Shown: in pieces, positions 55,106-64,000 of the stretch | Position numbering within the stretch: position 1 is the first letter of the stretch | Layout: every line of letters starts with the position of its first letter | DNA from: an uncultured Acidobacteriota bacterium | Lineage (GTDB): Bacteria > Acidobacteriota > Thermoanaerobaculia > UBA5066 | Length of the DNA stretch: 64,000 nucleotides | NCBI GenBank assembly: GCA_963779415.1 | Contig: CAVZYA010000002.1 | Location: 1,248,001 to 1,312,000, forward strand | Reading direction: 5' to 3' | Notes under the pieces: model-generated | Seen by the model: only the letters and a program-made list of their open reading frames with translations | What the model was told of the DNA's origin: nothing | Database searches by the model: none | Program-made: the position numbers and the translations under genes

Positions 55106-57109
55106 ATGTCGGCTCGTCTCTCCACCGGGCTTCTCATCCTGTCGCTCTCGCTTCCCTCCCTTCTCGCGGCGGCGCCCGAGGAGCGGAAATACACCGTTCT
55201 TCTCATGGGACAGAAGGCGGGAACGGAGACGTGCACCACGTCGGGAGCCGAGACCCGATGCACCTTCTCCTACACCGACCGGGGGCGCGGGCCGAAGCTG
55301 GAGGCGGCGTTCACCGTCGGAAAGAACGCGATCCCGGTGGGGGTCTCGATCGCCGGGAACAACTACCTGAAGGACCGGGTCGACGAGCGCTTCACGCTCG
55401 AAAAGGGAACGGCGCGCTGGAAGAGCACCGTCGAATCGGGAGACGCGCGGGTGACGGCGCCGGCGCTCTACCTCCCCTTCGAGGACGTCCCGGAGATCGC
55501 GGGGATCCTCGTTCGGGCGCTTCGGGCCGCGAAGGGAAACATGCTCCCCCTTCTCCCGGCGGGGGAAGCGCACCTCGCCGGCTCGGCCTCGCTCGACGTC
55601 ACGGCGGAAGGAAGATCGAAGAAGGTCACGAGATTCGACGTCGCCGGTCTCCGCCTCGAGCCGGCACGAATCTTCCTCGACGAGAAAGGGGATCTCTTCG
55701 CCACGGGCGGCTCCTGGCTGATGACGGTCCGCGAAGGTTGGGAGGGCGCGGCGCCGGCTCTTCTCGCCTCGCAGGAGGCGGCCGCGTCGGAGGAGAGCCG
55801 GTCGCGCGCCCGCGAGCTGGCCCGGAGGCCCAAGGGACCGCTCGTCTTCCGCGGGGTGGATCTCTTCGACGCCGACGCCGCGGCGATCCGGCCCGAAACC
55901 ACGGTCGTCGTCTCGGGAGGCCGGATCACGGCCGTCGGGCCCGACGGATCGGTCGCTCTTCCCGAGGGGGCGGAGATCGTCGACGGCAAGGGGAAGACGC
56001 TCCTCCCGGGACTTTGGGACATGCACGTCCACGTCGGGAGCGACGTGGACGGGATCCTCTACCTCGCGTCGGGGATCACGAGCGTCCGCGATCTCGGCAA
56101 CGACCTCCCCCAGGTGACCGACCGCCGGGACCGGTTCGCGTCGGGCGCCGCCCTCGGTCCGCGGCTCCTGACGTCGGTTCTCATCGACGGGCCGGGGCCG
56201 TTCGCGGGGCCGACGAAGTTCCTCGTCTCGACGGAGGAGGAGGGGCGCGCGGCCATCGACGCCTGCGTGAAGGCGGGCTGCACGGGGCTGAAGATCTACA
56301 GCTCGATCAGGCCGGAGCTGGTCCCCGCGCTCGTCCGCGATGCGCACGCGAAGGGGATCCGGGCGAGCGGGCACATCCCCGCCTTCATGACGGCGGACCA
56401 GTGCGTCCGCGACGGCTACGACGAGATCCACCACGTGAACTTCATCTTCCTGAACTTCCTCTTCGACAAGGTGCAGGACACCCGGACGCCGGCCCGCTTC
56501 ATCGCCGTCGCCGAGAACGCGGCATCGCTCGATCTCGGCTCGCCGGCCGTCCGCGAGTTCGTCCGGCTGCTCCAGGTGCGCGGCGTCGTCGTCGATCCGA
56601 CGGCCGGCACCTTCGAGGAGCTCTTTCTCTCTCGCCCCGGCAAGGTCCCCGAGGCCTGGGCGCCCGTCGCCGACCGGCTCCCGCCGCAGCTCAAGCGGGA
56701 CCTTCTCGCCGGAGGGCTCCCGGTCCCGGAGGGGGGCGACGCGCGATACCGCGCCTCGTTCGACGCCCTCCTCCGGATGATCCGCTTCATCCACCTCGCG
56801 GGCGTCCGGATCGTCGCGGGGACCGACGGCTTCGCGGGGTTCACCCTGCCGCGGGAGCTGGAGCTTTACGCGAAGGCGGGAATTCCGCCCGCCGAGGTCC
56901 TCCAGATCGCGACGCTCGGCGCGGCGAGCGTGGCGCACCGCGCGGACGACCTCGGGACGATCGCCCCGGGGAAGCTCGCGGACATGATCCTCGTCGACGG
57001 GAGGCCCACGGAGCGGATCTCCGACGTCCGGAAGGTCTCGCTGGTCGTCAAGGACGGAACCGTCTACGACCCCGCGGCGCTCCTCAAGTCGATCGGCATC
57101 AGGCCCTGA
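55106..57109 (+). CDS. Secreted amidohydrolase family protein
   Basis: Signal peptide; [23 protein letters not shown]. Confidence 0.9.
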   Translation: MSARLSTGLLILSLSLPSLLAAAPEERKYTVLLMGQKAGTETCTTSGAETRCTFSYTDRGRGPKLEAAFTVGKNAIPVGVSIAGNNYLKDRVDERFTLEKGTARWKSTVESGDARVTAPALYLPFEDVPEIAGILVRALRAAKGNMLPLLPAGEAHLAGSASLDVTAEGRSKKVTRFDVAGLRLEPARIFLDEKGDLFATGGSWLMTVREGWEGAAPALLASQEAAASEESRSRARELARRPKGPLVFRGVDLFDADAAAIRPETTVVVSGGRITAVGPDGSVALPEGAEIVDGKGKTLLPGLWDMHVHVGSDVDGILYLASGITSVRDLGNDLPQVTDRRDRFASGAALGPRLLTSVLIDGPGPFAGPTKFLVSTEEEGRAAIDACVKAGCTGLKIYSSIRPELVPALVRDAHAKGIRASGHIPAFMTADQCVRDGYDEIHHVNFIFLNFLFDKVQDTRTPARFIAVAENAASLDLGSPAVREFVRLLQVRGVVVDPTAGTFEELFLSRPGKVPEAWAPVADRLPPQLKRDLLAGGLPVPEGGDARYRASFDALLRMIRFIHLAGVRIVAGTDGFAGFTLPRELELYAKAGIPPAEVLQIATLGAASVAHRADDLGTIAPGKLADMILVDGRPTERISDVRKVSLVVKDGTVYDPAALLKSIGIRP

Positions 57110-57209
57110 CGGCCTCTTCGAGGGAGACGGCAATCCGCGGGAACGCGCGGAGGATCTGCCGGTCCGAGGTGACGAGCGGAACGCCCAGGTATGCGGCGGC
57201 GACGATTAC
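57099..57209 (-). pseudogene. PIN/VapC toxin remnant with internal deletion
   Basis: (GTA)[36 protein letters not shown], overlapping the antitoxin stop. Confidence 0.7.
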
Positions 57210-57445
57210 TTCCGCCCTACCTTCTTGAAGCGGCGGATCGTCTCGTCATCTAACCGAACCAGTATCCCTTCTCGTAGTTTTCGCGCCTGGGCGATGAAGA
57301 CCTCGACGTCGACGGGTCGGCCCGCCGTCGCCGCGCGGAGCGCCGCGATCGCCTCGCTGTTGAGGCTGCGGCCGTGCTCGGCAGCCTGCGCCTTGAGCTT
57401 CCGGTGGAGGTCGGGAGGGATGTTCTTCAGCGTGATGCTGGCCGT
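57206..57445 (-). pseudogene. Arc/FitA-like RHH antitoxin with ACG at the start position
   Basis: (ACG)ASITLKNIPPDLHRKLKAQAAEHGRSLNSEAI...GRK*, otherwise an intact 79-codon frame; TAAAAT 6 nt upstream. Confidence 0.8.
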
Positions 57446-57482
57446 ACAACCATTTTACAACCGGAATGGTTGCAGCCGGAAG

Positions 57483-57523
57483 CTACCGCATCGCCTCCAT
57501 CGGGGTGAGGTGCGAAGCGCGGA
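57483..57523. repeat. 41-bp direct repeat of the ABC permease 3' end (58334-58374)
   Basis: CTACCGCATCGCCTCCATCGG[G/C]GTGAGG[T/C]GCGAAGCGCGGA, 2 mismatches. Confidence 0.92.
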
Positions 57524-57549
57524 ACGCGGTATCGTTTCGGGCCACACAC

Positions 57550-57969
57550 ATGGGGGAATCACCTCGTCATTCGTGGGCCCGTGCGGTCGTTCTCCTCGGT
57601 ATCGGGTACGCCCTCGTTGGCATCGTGTTCGCGGTACCGGCCACTCACGTGAGGGCGTGGCGCTTGGCGGCGTGGGTAGTGAGCGCCGTTGGATATGCGA
57701 CTCACATAGTGTACGAACGCTTTCGGCTGCAGAACTCACCCGGTTCGGCAGCCCTTCACGTTGCTTTCGCCGTTGCGCTTGGAGCATTCGGGCTTGCTGT
57801 TGGCGCAAACATTCATTCACTGTCTACCGGATCGACCAACCAGCACCGACAGCTCCTGCTTCTGTCGCTCGCGATCTGGCCGGTCATAACGGCGCTCCCG
57901 GCATTTCTTGTCGCGCTCGGCACAAATGTGCTTCTGGTGCGTGCGCTCGGGAACGCGCGGGGTAAATAG
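57550..57969 (+). CDS. Small 4-TM membrane protein, cassette-like
   Basis: MGESPRHSWARAVVLLGIGY..AWRLAAWVVS..; lower GC; followed by an attC-like site. Confidence 0.7.
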   Translation: MGESPRHSWARAVVLLGIGYALVGIVFAVPATHVRAWRLAAWVVSAVGYATHIVYERFRLQNSPGSAALHVAFAVALGAFGLAVGANIHSLSTGSTNQHRQLLLLSLAIWPVITALPAFLVALGTNVLLVRALGNARGK

Positions 57970-57985
57970 AGGAAAGGTGCTTGTG

Positions 57986-58047
57986 GCCCAACCCCGCGCT
58001 CCAGCGGACCGATTCCGTCCGCCGCTGAGCCGCAGTATCATTTAGCG
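57986..58047 (+). mobile_element. Integron attC-like site
   Basis: R'' GCCCAAC (RYYYAAC); arms GCTCCAGCGG / CCGCTGAGC pair with one extrahelical base; R' degenerate (TTTAGCG). Confidence 0.6.
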
Positions 58048-58053
58048 CGCTCT

Positions 58054-58236
58054 ATGGAAATGAGTGCCGCGATGAGTCGTTCGACAGCCGGGGGGCTCGC
58101 ATTCATCGCTGCGGGAGTGGCCTTCGTGGCCATCGGAATCTCCGGGCAGCGCGCGTTTATGTCGATTGGCGCCGCGTTCGTTCTGATCGGCGTAATCTTC
58201 ATCGCGCGGAGACGCCGTCCGGGAGGGCACAAGTGA
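58054..58236 (+). CDS. Small 2-TM protein, cassette-like
   Basis: Starts just after the attC-like site; two hydrophobic helices and a basic tail. Confidence 0.55.
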   Translation: MEMSAAMSRSTAGGLAFIAAGVAFVAIGISGQRAFMSIGAAFVLIGVIFIARRRRPGGHK

Positions 58237-58333
58237 CTCCGGCACCCGACCACTTGTAGCCGTCGCGCTCCTGATCAACCCTTCCATTGGCCGCGTGAAT
58301 GCTTGACAGCCAGCGGACCACTCGCGGGGTTTC

Positions 58334-59632
58334 CTACCGCATCGCCTCCATCGGCGTGAGGCGCGAAGCGCGGACGGCGGGATAGAGGCCAAAGACGAGC
58401 GCGAGGGAGAGCGCGACGCACCAGGCGATGACGAGGCCGACGGGGTTCACCACGAGCCCCCACGGGAACATCGGGGAAAGGGCCTTGCAGAGGACCGCGC
58501 CGGCGACCGTCCCGACGGCCGCCCCGAGCGAGGCGAGGACGGCGGCTTCGAGGAGGAACTGGAGGAGGATCTCCTTGTCGGAGGCCCCGAGCGATTTCCG
58601 GAGGCCGATCTCGAACCGCCGGTCGGAGAACGAGATCAGCATGACGGAGAGGACGCCGACACCGCCGACGAGAAGGACGGTCGCCGCGAGCGACAAAAGG
58701 ACGATCCGCCAGCCGCGCATCTCGTTCAGGAACTGCTGATACCACTTCGCGGCCTCGGCCTCGAGGTCCTTGATCTCGATGTCCTCGATCCCGTGATGGG
58801 CCTGCTTGACGCGGCCGATGACGAGGGAAGAGACCTCGGCGAGATCGCTCTTCCTCGCGAGCTTCACGGCGACCTGCGTGAGCTGGTGGGCGGGGTCGAT
58901 CCGGTCCATGTAGGTCTCGAGCGGGATCTGGATGCCGTTGGCGTCGTAGTAGATCTCCTCGTTGAAGATCTGGAGCCGGTCCTGGAGCCCGACGATCCGG
59001 AAGGGGATCCCCTCGACGGAGATGTCCCGTCCGACCGGGTCGGCGCCCGCGAAGAGCTTGGCCCCGAGCGTCGCGCCGACCACGGCTACGCTGCTCCGGC
59101 GCTTCCGGTCGTCCTCGGTGATTCCGCGCCCCGACTGGATGGGCCGGTTCATGTAGCGGGCGTACTCCGGCGTCACGCCGGTCACGAACATCCGCTCGAT
59201 GCCTCCCGGCGTCCGGACCGAGAGCCGCTTCGTGGCGCGCGGGAGGAATGCGAGAACCCTCGGATCGGGCGTCGTGAGCCTCGGGAGGTCCTCGAACCGG
59301 AAGCCGGGCGACATCGCGAACCGCTTCTGCTCCTCGGAGGTCTGGGGCTGCTTGGCCTGGACGACGGCCGTCCCGTCCCAGGCCATCCCTTCGAAGCCCA
59401 TGCCGACCTTGTCGAGGATCCCGTCGAGAACGGAGGTCATGACGACGAGGGCGAAGACGCCGAGCATCAGGAGCGTCAGGGTCAGGAACGAACGGAGCTT
59501 GTGGGACCAGAGCTCGATGAAGCCCCCCTTGATGGTTTCCCAGACGAGGCCGAGCTGGGCGGCGAAGGAGAGGCGTCGCACCGAGAGCTTCGGAGTGGCG
59601 ACGGCGGGAGTCTCGAGGACGACGCTACTCAT
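58334..59632 (-). CDS. MacB/FtsX-type ABC permease
   Basis: HKLRSFLT, VGGVGVLSVML, EIGLRKSLGA, FGLYPA. Confidence 0.92.
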   Translation of the reverse strand: MSSVVLETPAVATPKLSVRRLSFAAQLGLVWETIKGGFIELWSHKLRSFLTLTLLMLGVFALVVMTSVLDGILDKVGMGFEGMAWDGTAVVQAKQPQTSEEQKRFAMSPGFRFEDLPRLTTPDPRVLAFLPRATKRLSVRTPGGIERMFVTGVTPEYARYMNRPIQSGRGITEDDRKRRSSVAVVGATLGAKLFAGADPVGRDISVEGIPFRIVGLQDRLQIFNEEIYYDANGIQIPLETYMDRIDPAHQLTQVAVKLARKSDLAEVSSLVIGRVKQAHHGIEDIEIKDLEAEAAKWYQQFLNEMRGWRIVLLSLAATVLLVGGVGVLSVMLISFSDRRFEIGLRKSLGASDKEILLQFLLEAAVLASLGAAVGTVAGAVLCKALSPMFPWGLVVNPVGLVIAWCVALSLALVFGLYPAVRASRLTPMEAMR

Positions 59633-60878
59633 ACCTCAAGGCTTCCATCGGAGAGAGGCGGGCGGCTTTCCACGCCGGGTAGATGGCGAAGACGAAGCCG
59701 AAGACGAGGGCGAGGAGGAAAGCCCAGAGGAAGCTCAGGGGGTCCATCCAGAGCGGGACCTCGAGCGCCGTCGTGATGACCTTCGAGAAAGCCGCCCCGA
59801 GGGCGAATCCGACGATGCCGCCGAGGCTCGTCAGGAGGAGCGCCTCGGTCATGAACTCCTTGAAGACCTCCCGCCCCGAGGCTCCGATGGCCATCTTCAC
59901 GCCCACCTCGCGGACCCGCTCCTTGAGAGAGGCGAGCTGGATGTTGACGTTCACCATCCCGCCCCCGATGAGCGAAAGGATCCCCGAGAGCATGAAGACG
60001 ATGTTGTAGACCTGTCCCTGGCTCTGCCGCTTCTTCACCCGGGCCGCGAGGTCGTCGAGGCGGAAATCGTCCTGCTGTCTGTGGCTCGCCCTGAGGACCG
60101 ACGTGAGCCCTTTGGAGAAGAGATCCATCAGCCCGAGGGTCGGGATCTTGAAAACGACGCGGTCCACGCGAAGGTGGGCATCGCCCTGCATCCTCCTGGC
60201 GACGAGGGTGGCGGGGAGGGCGATGATCCGGTTCCGCCAGGCGAAGACGTTTCCTTCGCTCTCCCGCCAGTGGAAGATCTTCTCCTTGAGGACGCCGACG
60301 ACCGTGACCGGGGTGTCGTCCACGCGGATGACCTGCCCGACGGCGTCACCCGAGGGAAAAAAGATGCTGGCCGGCTCGGCCCCGAGGATGGCGACGGGAG
60401 CGGCCTTCTCGAGATCTTCGGCTCCGAAGGCGCGCCCCGTCTCGATCTCGTAGCCGTTCATCGGGAGGTAATCCGCCGCGATCCCCCGGATGTCCCGGTC
60501 CCGGTCGGCGAACGGGGACCGGACGCGGGCTCGCGCGAATTTCTCGACGCTATAGGCCTGGACGGCCTTCGTGTCGACCTTCTCCCCTTCGGAGGCGTCC
60601 CGCCGTCGAAGACCCAGATTCGCGTTCTGGAGAGCCGTCGGCGTCGTCCCGTCCCGGATCGCTCCGGCCGGCTGGACGTTCAGCTTGTCGAACCCGCCCC
60701 GCTTCATCCAGGCGTCCTCGGAGTGCCGCCGCATGCTGTCCGAGATCGAGAATCCTCCGAGGACCGACGCCACCCCGAGCATCACGCCGAGCGCTTGCAG
60801 AGCCGAGCGTCCGAGGTTCTCCCGGATCTCGGTCCAGGCGCTCCGGAGGCGCTCGCGGAAGGCGCCGGAAAGGATCAC
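59625..60878 (-). CDS. MacB/FtsX-type ABC permease
   Basis: ERVREVGVKMAIGA, YPAWKAARLSPMEALRYE. Confidence 0.92.
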   Translation of the reverse strand: MILSGAFRERLRSAWTEIRENLGRSALQALGVMLGVASVLGGFSISDSMRRHSEDAWMKRGGFDKLNVQPAGAIRDGTTPTALQNANLGLRRRDASEGEKVDTKAVQAYSVEKFARARVRSPFADRDRDIRGIAADYLPMNGYEIETGRAFGAEDLEKAAPVAILGAEPASIFFPSGDAVGQVIRVDDTPVTVVGVLKEKIFHWRESEGNVFAWRNRIIALPATLVARRMQGDAHLRVDRVVFKIPTLGLMDLFSKGLTSVLRASHRQQDDFRLDDLAARVKKRQSQGQVYNIVFMLSGILSLIGGGMVNVNIQLASLKERVREVGVKMAIGASGREVFKEFMTEALLLTSLGGIVGFALGAAFSKVITTALEVPLWMDPLSFLWAFLLALVFGFVFAIYPAWKAARLSPMEALRYE

Positions 60879-61567
60879 GCCGCCCGCTCCTCCGGCGTCA
60901 CGACGAGGCCGTCCGACAGCTCGACCCGCCGGGAGGCCATCGCCGCGATCCTCGGGTCGTGCGTGACGAGAAGGACCGTGTTTCCCTGCCGGTTCAAGTC
61001 GGCGAAGAGCTCGAGCACCTCGGCGCCCGTCTTCGAGTCGAGGGCGCCTGTCGGCTCGTCGGCCAGGAGAAGCGCCGGCCGGTTCGCGAGCGCGCGTGCG
61101 ATGGCGACGCGCTGCTTCTGGCCCCCCGAGAGCTTGGCCGGAAGGACGTTCGCCTTCTCCGGGATCCCGACCTTTTCGAGCATCTCGAGGGCGCGCTCCC
61201 GCCGCACTTTCCGCGGGAGGCCGGCGTAGAGGAGCGGCAGCTCGACGTTTCTGAGGACGTTCGCCTTCGGGAGGAGGTTGTAGCTCTGGAAGACGAAGCC
61301 GACCTTCTCGTTCCGAATCCGGGCGAGAGCCGGGCCCGAAAGACCTTGCACGGCCTCTCCGTCGAGGAGATAGCGCCCTTCGGTGGGGGAGTCGAGGCAG
61401 CCGAGTATCGCCATCAGTGTCGACTTGCCCGATCCGGACGGGCCGACGAGCGCCACGAACTCCCCGCGGTCGACCTTCATGTCGATTCCACGCAGGGCAT
61501 GGACGGCCATGCCGTTCGACCCGAAGACCTTCGTCAGGCCGGTCGTCTCGATGATGCTAGTTGTCAT
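60875..61567 (-). CDS. ABC transporter ATP-binding protein (MacB/LolD-type)
   Basis: GPSGSGKST, LSGGQKQR, DEPTGALD, VTHD. Confidence 0.95.
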   Translation of the reverse strand: MTTSIIETTGLTKVFGSNGMAVHALRGIDMKVDRGEFVALVGPSGSGKSTLMAILGCLDSPTEGRYLLDGEAVQGLSGPALARIRNEKVGFVFQSYNLLPKANVLRNVELPLLYAGLPRKVRRERALEMLEKVGIPEKANVLPAKLSGGQKQRVAIARALANRPALLLADEPTGALDSKTGAEVLELFADLNRQGNTVLLVTHDPRIAAMASRRVELSDGLVVTPEERAA

Positions 61568-62786
61568 CGTCCTTCTCGACCTTCCTTCTCGTGGGATCTT
61601 CCAGAGACACCTGTTCGGCGGTCTTGACACCCGAAAGGATCTCGACCCGCTCGAGGGTCGCGATGCCGGCCTTCACCGGGACGACGTCGAAGTAGTCCTT
61701 CCAGTTCTCGGAGAGCCAGGTGAACTTGCCCCTCCCTGAGAGCCCCTCTTTCGCCTTCGCGATCTCGGGGGGCTTCAGGTTCGCCTTCAGGCGGTAGACG
61801 ACCGTCTCGCCTTCCTTCCGCTGGAGCGCCTCGAGCGGGATGGAGACGGCCTTCTCGCGCTTCTCGCCGAGGATCTCGACGTTGGCGCTCATCCCGGTCC
61901 GGTAGGCGTCCGAGAGATCGTCGAGGGCGATCTCGACGAGGAAGACCTTGATCTTTTCCTGCAGCTTCGCCGCCGGAGCGACGAAGCGGACCTTCCCGCT
62001 GAAGACCTTCTGCGGATAGGCGTCGAGCGTGATCCGGACCGGCTGGCCGACCGCGACTTTCGCGATGTCGACCTCGTTGAGGTTGACCTTGATGATGATC
62101 GACTTCAGGTCGGCGACGGTGAACAGGACCGTTCCCGCGTTGAACGAGGAGACGCCGGAGGTGACCGTCTCTCCCAGCTCGACCCCCTTCGTGATGACGA
62201 CGCCGTTCATCGGGCTCGTCACGCGCGCCATCTGAGTCGACGCGTCGCCGGAGATCGGGATGCCGCGGTCCTGCACGATCTGGTAGCGCATTCTCGCGGC
62301 CTTGAGAGCGTCGGCGGCGAGGTCCCGCTTGATCTGGTAGTCCTTGAGCGTCTCGCCGCCGATGAGGCCGTCGTTGAAGAGGCGGGTCTGCGAGGCGAGC
62401 TGCCGCTCGGCGTCGTTCAGGTTCAGCTCGGCCGTCGTCACGCCGGCGTTGACGTCGGAGAGGGACTGCGCCTGGTTCACGTCGGGCTCGACCTCGGCGA
62501 GAAGGTCCCCGGCTTTCACCACGGCCCCTTCGCGCACCTTCAGGCTGACCACGCGCCCGGAGACGGCCGATTTGACGTCGACCTTCGTCTCGGGATCGAC
62601 GACGCCGACTTCCCGGACGGAGACCTGGAGGTCCTCGGCCGAGACCTTCCCGAGCCGGAACGGGAGAGGGGCTTCCTTCGCGTCCTTCGGCTTGTCCTTC
62701 GCCCGGGCGGCGAAGACGGCGCCGGCGCCGCCGAGGATGACGACCCCCGCGACGATCAGAATCAGACGTTTACGCTTCCGATCCAT
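61557..62786 (-). CDS. MacA-like periplasmic adaptor (membrane fusion protein)
   Basis: N-terminal anchor, lipoyl/hairpin motifs SAVSGRV and SPMNGVV, NEVDI, GMSA. Confidence 0.9.
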   Translation of the reverse strand: MDRKRKRLILIVAGVVILGGAGAVFAARAKDKPKDAKEAPLPFRLGKVSAEDLQVSVREVGVVDPETKVDVKSAVSGRVVSLKVREGAVVKAGDLLAEVEPDVNQAQSLSDVNAGVTTAELNLNDAERQLASQTRLFNDGLIGGETLKDYQIKRDLAADALKAARMRYQIVQDRGIPISGDASTQMARVTSPMNGVVITKGVELGETVTSGVSSFNAGTVLFTVADLKSIIIKVNLNEVDIAKVAVGQPVRITLDAYPQKVFSGKVRFVAPAAKLQEKIKVFLVEIALDDLSDAYRTGMSANVEILGEKREKAVSIPLEALQRKEGETVVYRLKANLKPPEIAKAKEGLSGRGKFTWLSENWKDYFDVVPVKAGIATLERVEILSGVKTAEQVSLEDPTRRKVEKDDDN

Positions 62787-62850
62787 CGGCCTCTCCTTCT
62801 CGAATGGGGCCCGCGACCCGCCGTCGCGTGTGCCAGAATTACCCAGCCCC

Positions 62851-64000
62851 GTGAGTCGTAACTCTCTCAGCCTTCTATTACGGAGCCCGAAAGGCAAAAG
62901 TTCGAAGAGGATCCTCGGCATCGCCGGAGGGCTCGTCGTCCTCTGGGCAGCCGTCGGATTCCTCGTCCTGCCGCGCGTCCTCCGGCCGGTCGTCGAGAGG
63001 AAACTCTCGGAGAGCCTCCACCGCCCGGTGACGCTCCGCGGCCTCTCGATCAACCCGTTCGCCCTCTCCGCGACGCTGGAAGGGCTCGCCGTGAAGGATC
63101 GGGACGGCGGCCCCTTTTTCTCCTTCGAGAGCCTCTACGTCAACCTCGAGTCGATCTCGATCTTCCGGGGCGGGCCGGTGGTTCGGGCGATCCGGCTCAT
63201 GAAGCCGTCCGCCACGCTCGTCCGCCTCCCGGACGGGACGTACAACTTCCAGGACCTCATTCCGAAGGCCGACGCCGGACCGGCGAAGGAGAGAAAGCCT
63301 CTCCGGTTCTCGCTCAACAACATCGACGTCGAGGGAGGGAGCGTCGACTTCGACGACCGGCTGAAGCAGACGAAACACGCCATCCGCGACGTCCGGATCG
63401 GGATCCCGTTCCTCTCGAACATCCCGTCGAAGGTGGAGATCACGACGCAGCCCGTCTTCGAAGCGAAGGTGAACGGTTCGCCTCTTTCCCTCCACGGGCG
63501 GACGAAGCCGTTCAGCGAGACGCGGGAGACGACTCTCGATCTCGTCTTCGACGACGTGGACCTTCCCTATTACCTCTCCTACCTTCCTTCCGAAACGCCA
63601 TCGAAGCTCACTTCCGGGCGCCTCGACGCGAGGCTGACGATCTCTTTCACGCAGCCGCTCAAGGGCGCTCCCACCCTCCTCGTCTCGGGCTCGGGCGCCC
63701 TGCGAAAGGTCGCGGTCTCCTACGGCGGCCGGCCGCTCGTTTCGTGGGACCGGTTCGAGGCGGTTCTCGACTCCTTCGACCTCTTCGGTCGGAAGGCGCG
63801 CATCCGGAGCCTGAAGGCCGTGGCGCCCGAGCTCTGGATCCGGCGCGAGACGATGGGGGAGCACAACATCGCGAAGGCTCTTGCGGCGCCGGCTGCGCCC
63901 GCGGCGGGCGCGGGAAAGAACATCCGCGCCGCCAGTCTCGCCATTTCTCGTCGAGATCGGCGAGATGGGGATCGAGGCCGGGAAAGTCCACTATGACGAC
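62851..64000 (+). CDS. DUF748/AsmA-like protein, partial; probable frameshift ~63925
   Basis: N-terminal TM, SINPFALS, DGTYNFQDL, IPFLSNIP; continues as PFLVEIGEMGIEAGKVHYDD in another frame to the window edge. Confidence 0.85.

Overview
High-GC bacterial window. The gene content suggests Acidobacteriota (possibly Thermoanaerobaculia-like); this is an inference, not a determination. Housekeeping flanks encode fpg, a Ser/Thr kinase, SRAP, korAB, HtrA, fumC, qor, ppdK, an RNase II-family enzyme, Sua5 and a MacAB-type ABC system. They enclose an accessory block at ~23.7-47.3 kb with three parts. (i) A RAYT/Y1 transposase bracketed by GGGTCAGGTC...AAATTGCG motifs, which also bracket a copied Rhs-core fragment. 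(ii) A ~13.6-kb signal-peptide-bearing Ig-repeat/Rhs toxin gene with a downstream immunity candidate. (iii) Two convergent ECF sigma + zinc-finger/TPR anti-sigma pairs. Between those pairs lies an unannotated 51-aa ORF with an aromatic leader and three identical STGSGLVPVG cores, the best candidate here for an undescribed peptide-signalling system. Other notable items are a tandem tryptophanase/TPL fusion with complementary loss of active-site residues, three vapC remnants, an attC-bearing mini-insert with a 41-bp target duplication, and apparently leaderless genes. Many single-base frameshifts look like long-read indel errors, so broken genes are not assumed to be pseudogenes.
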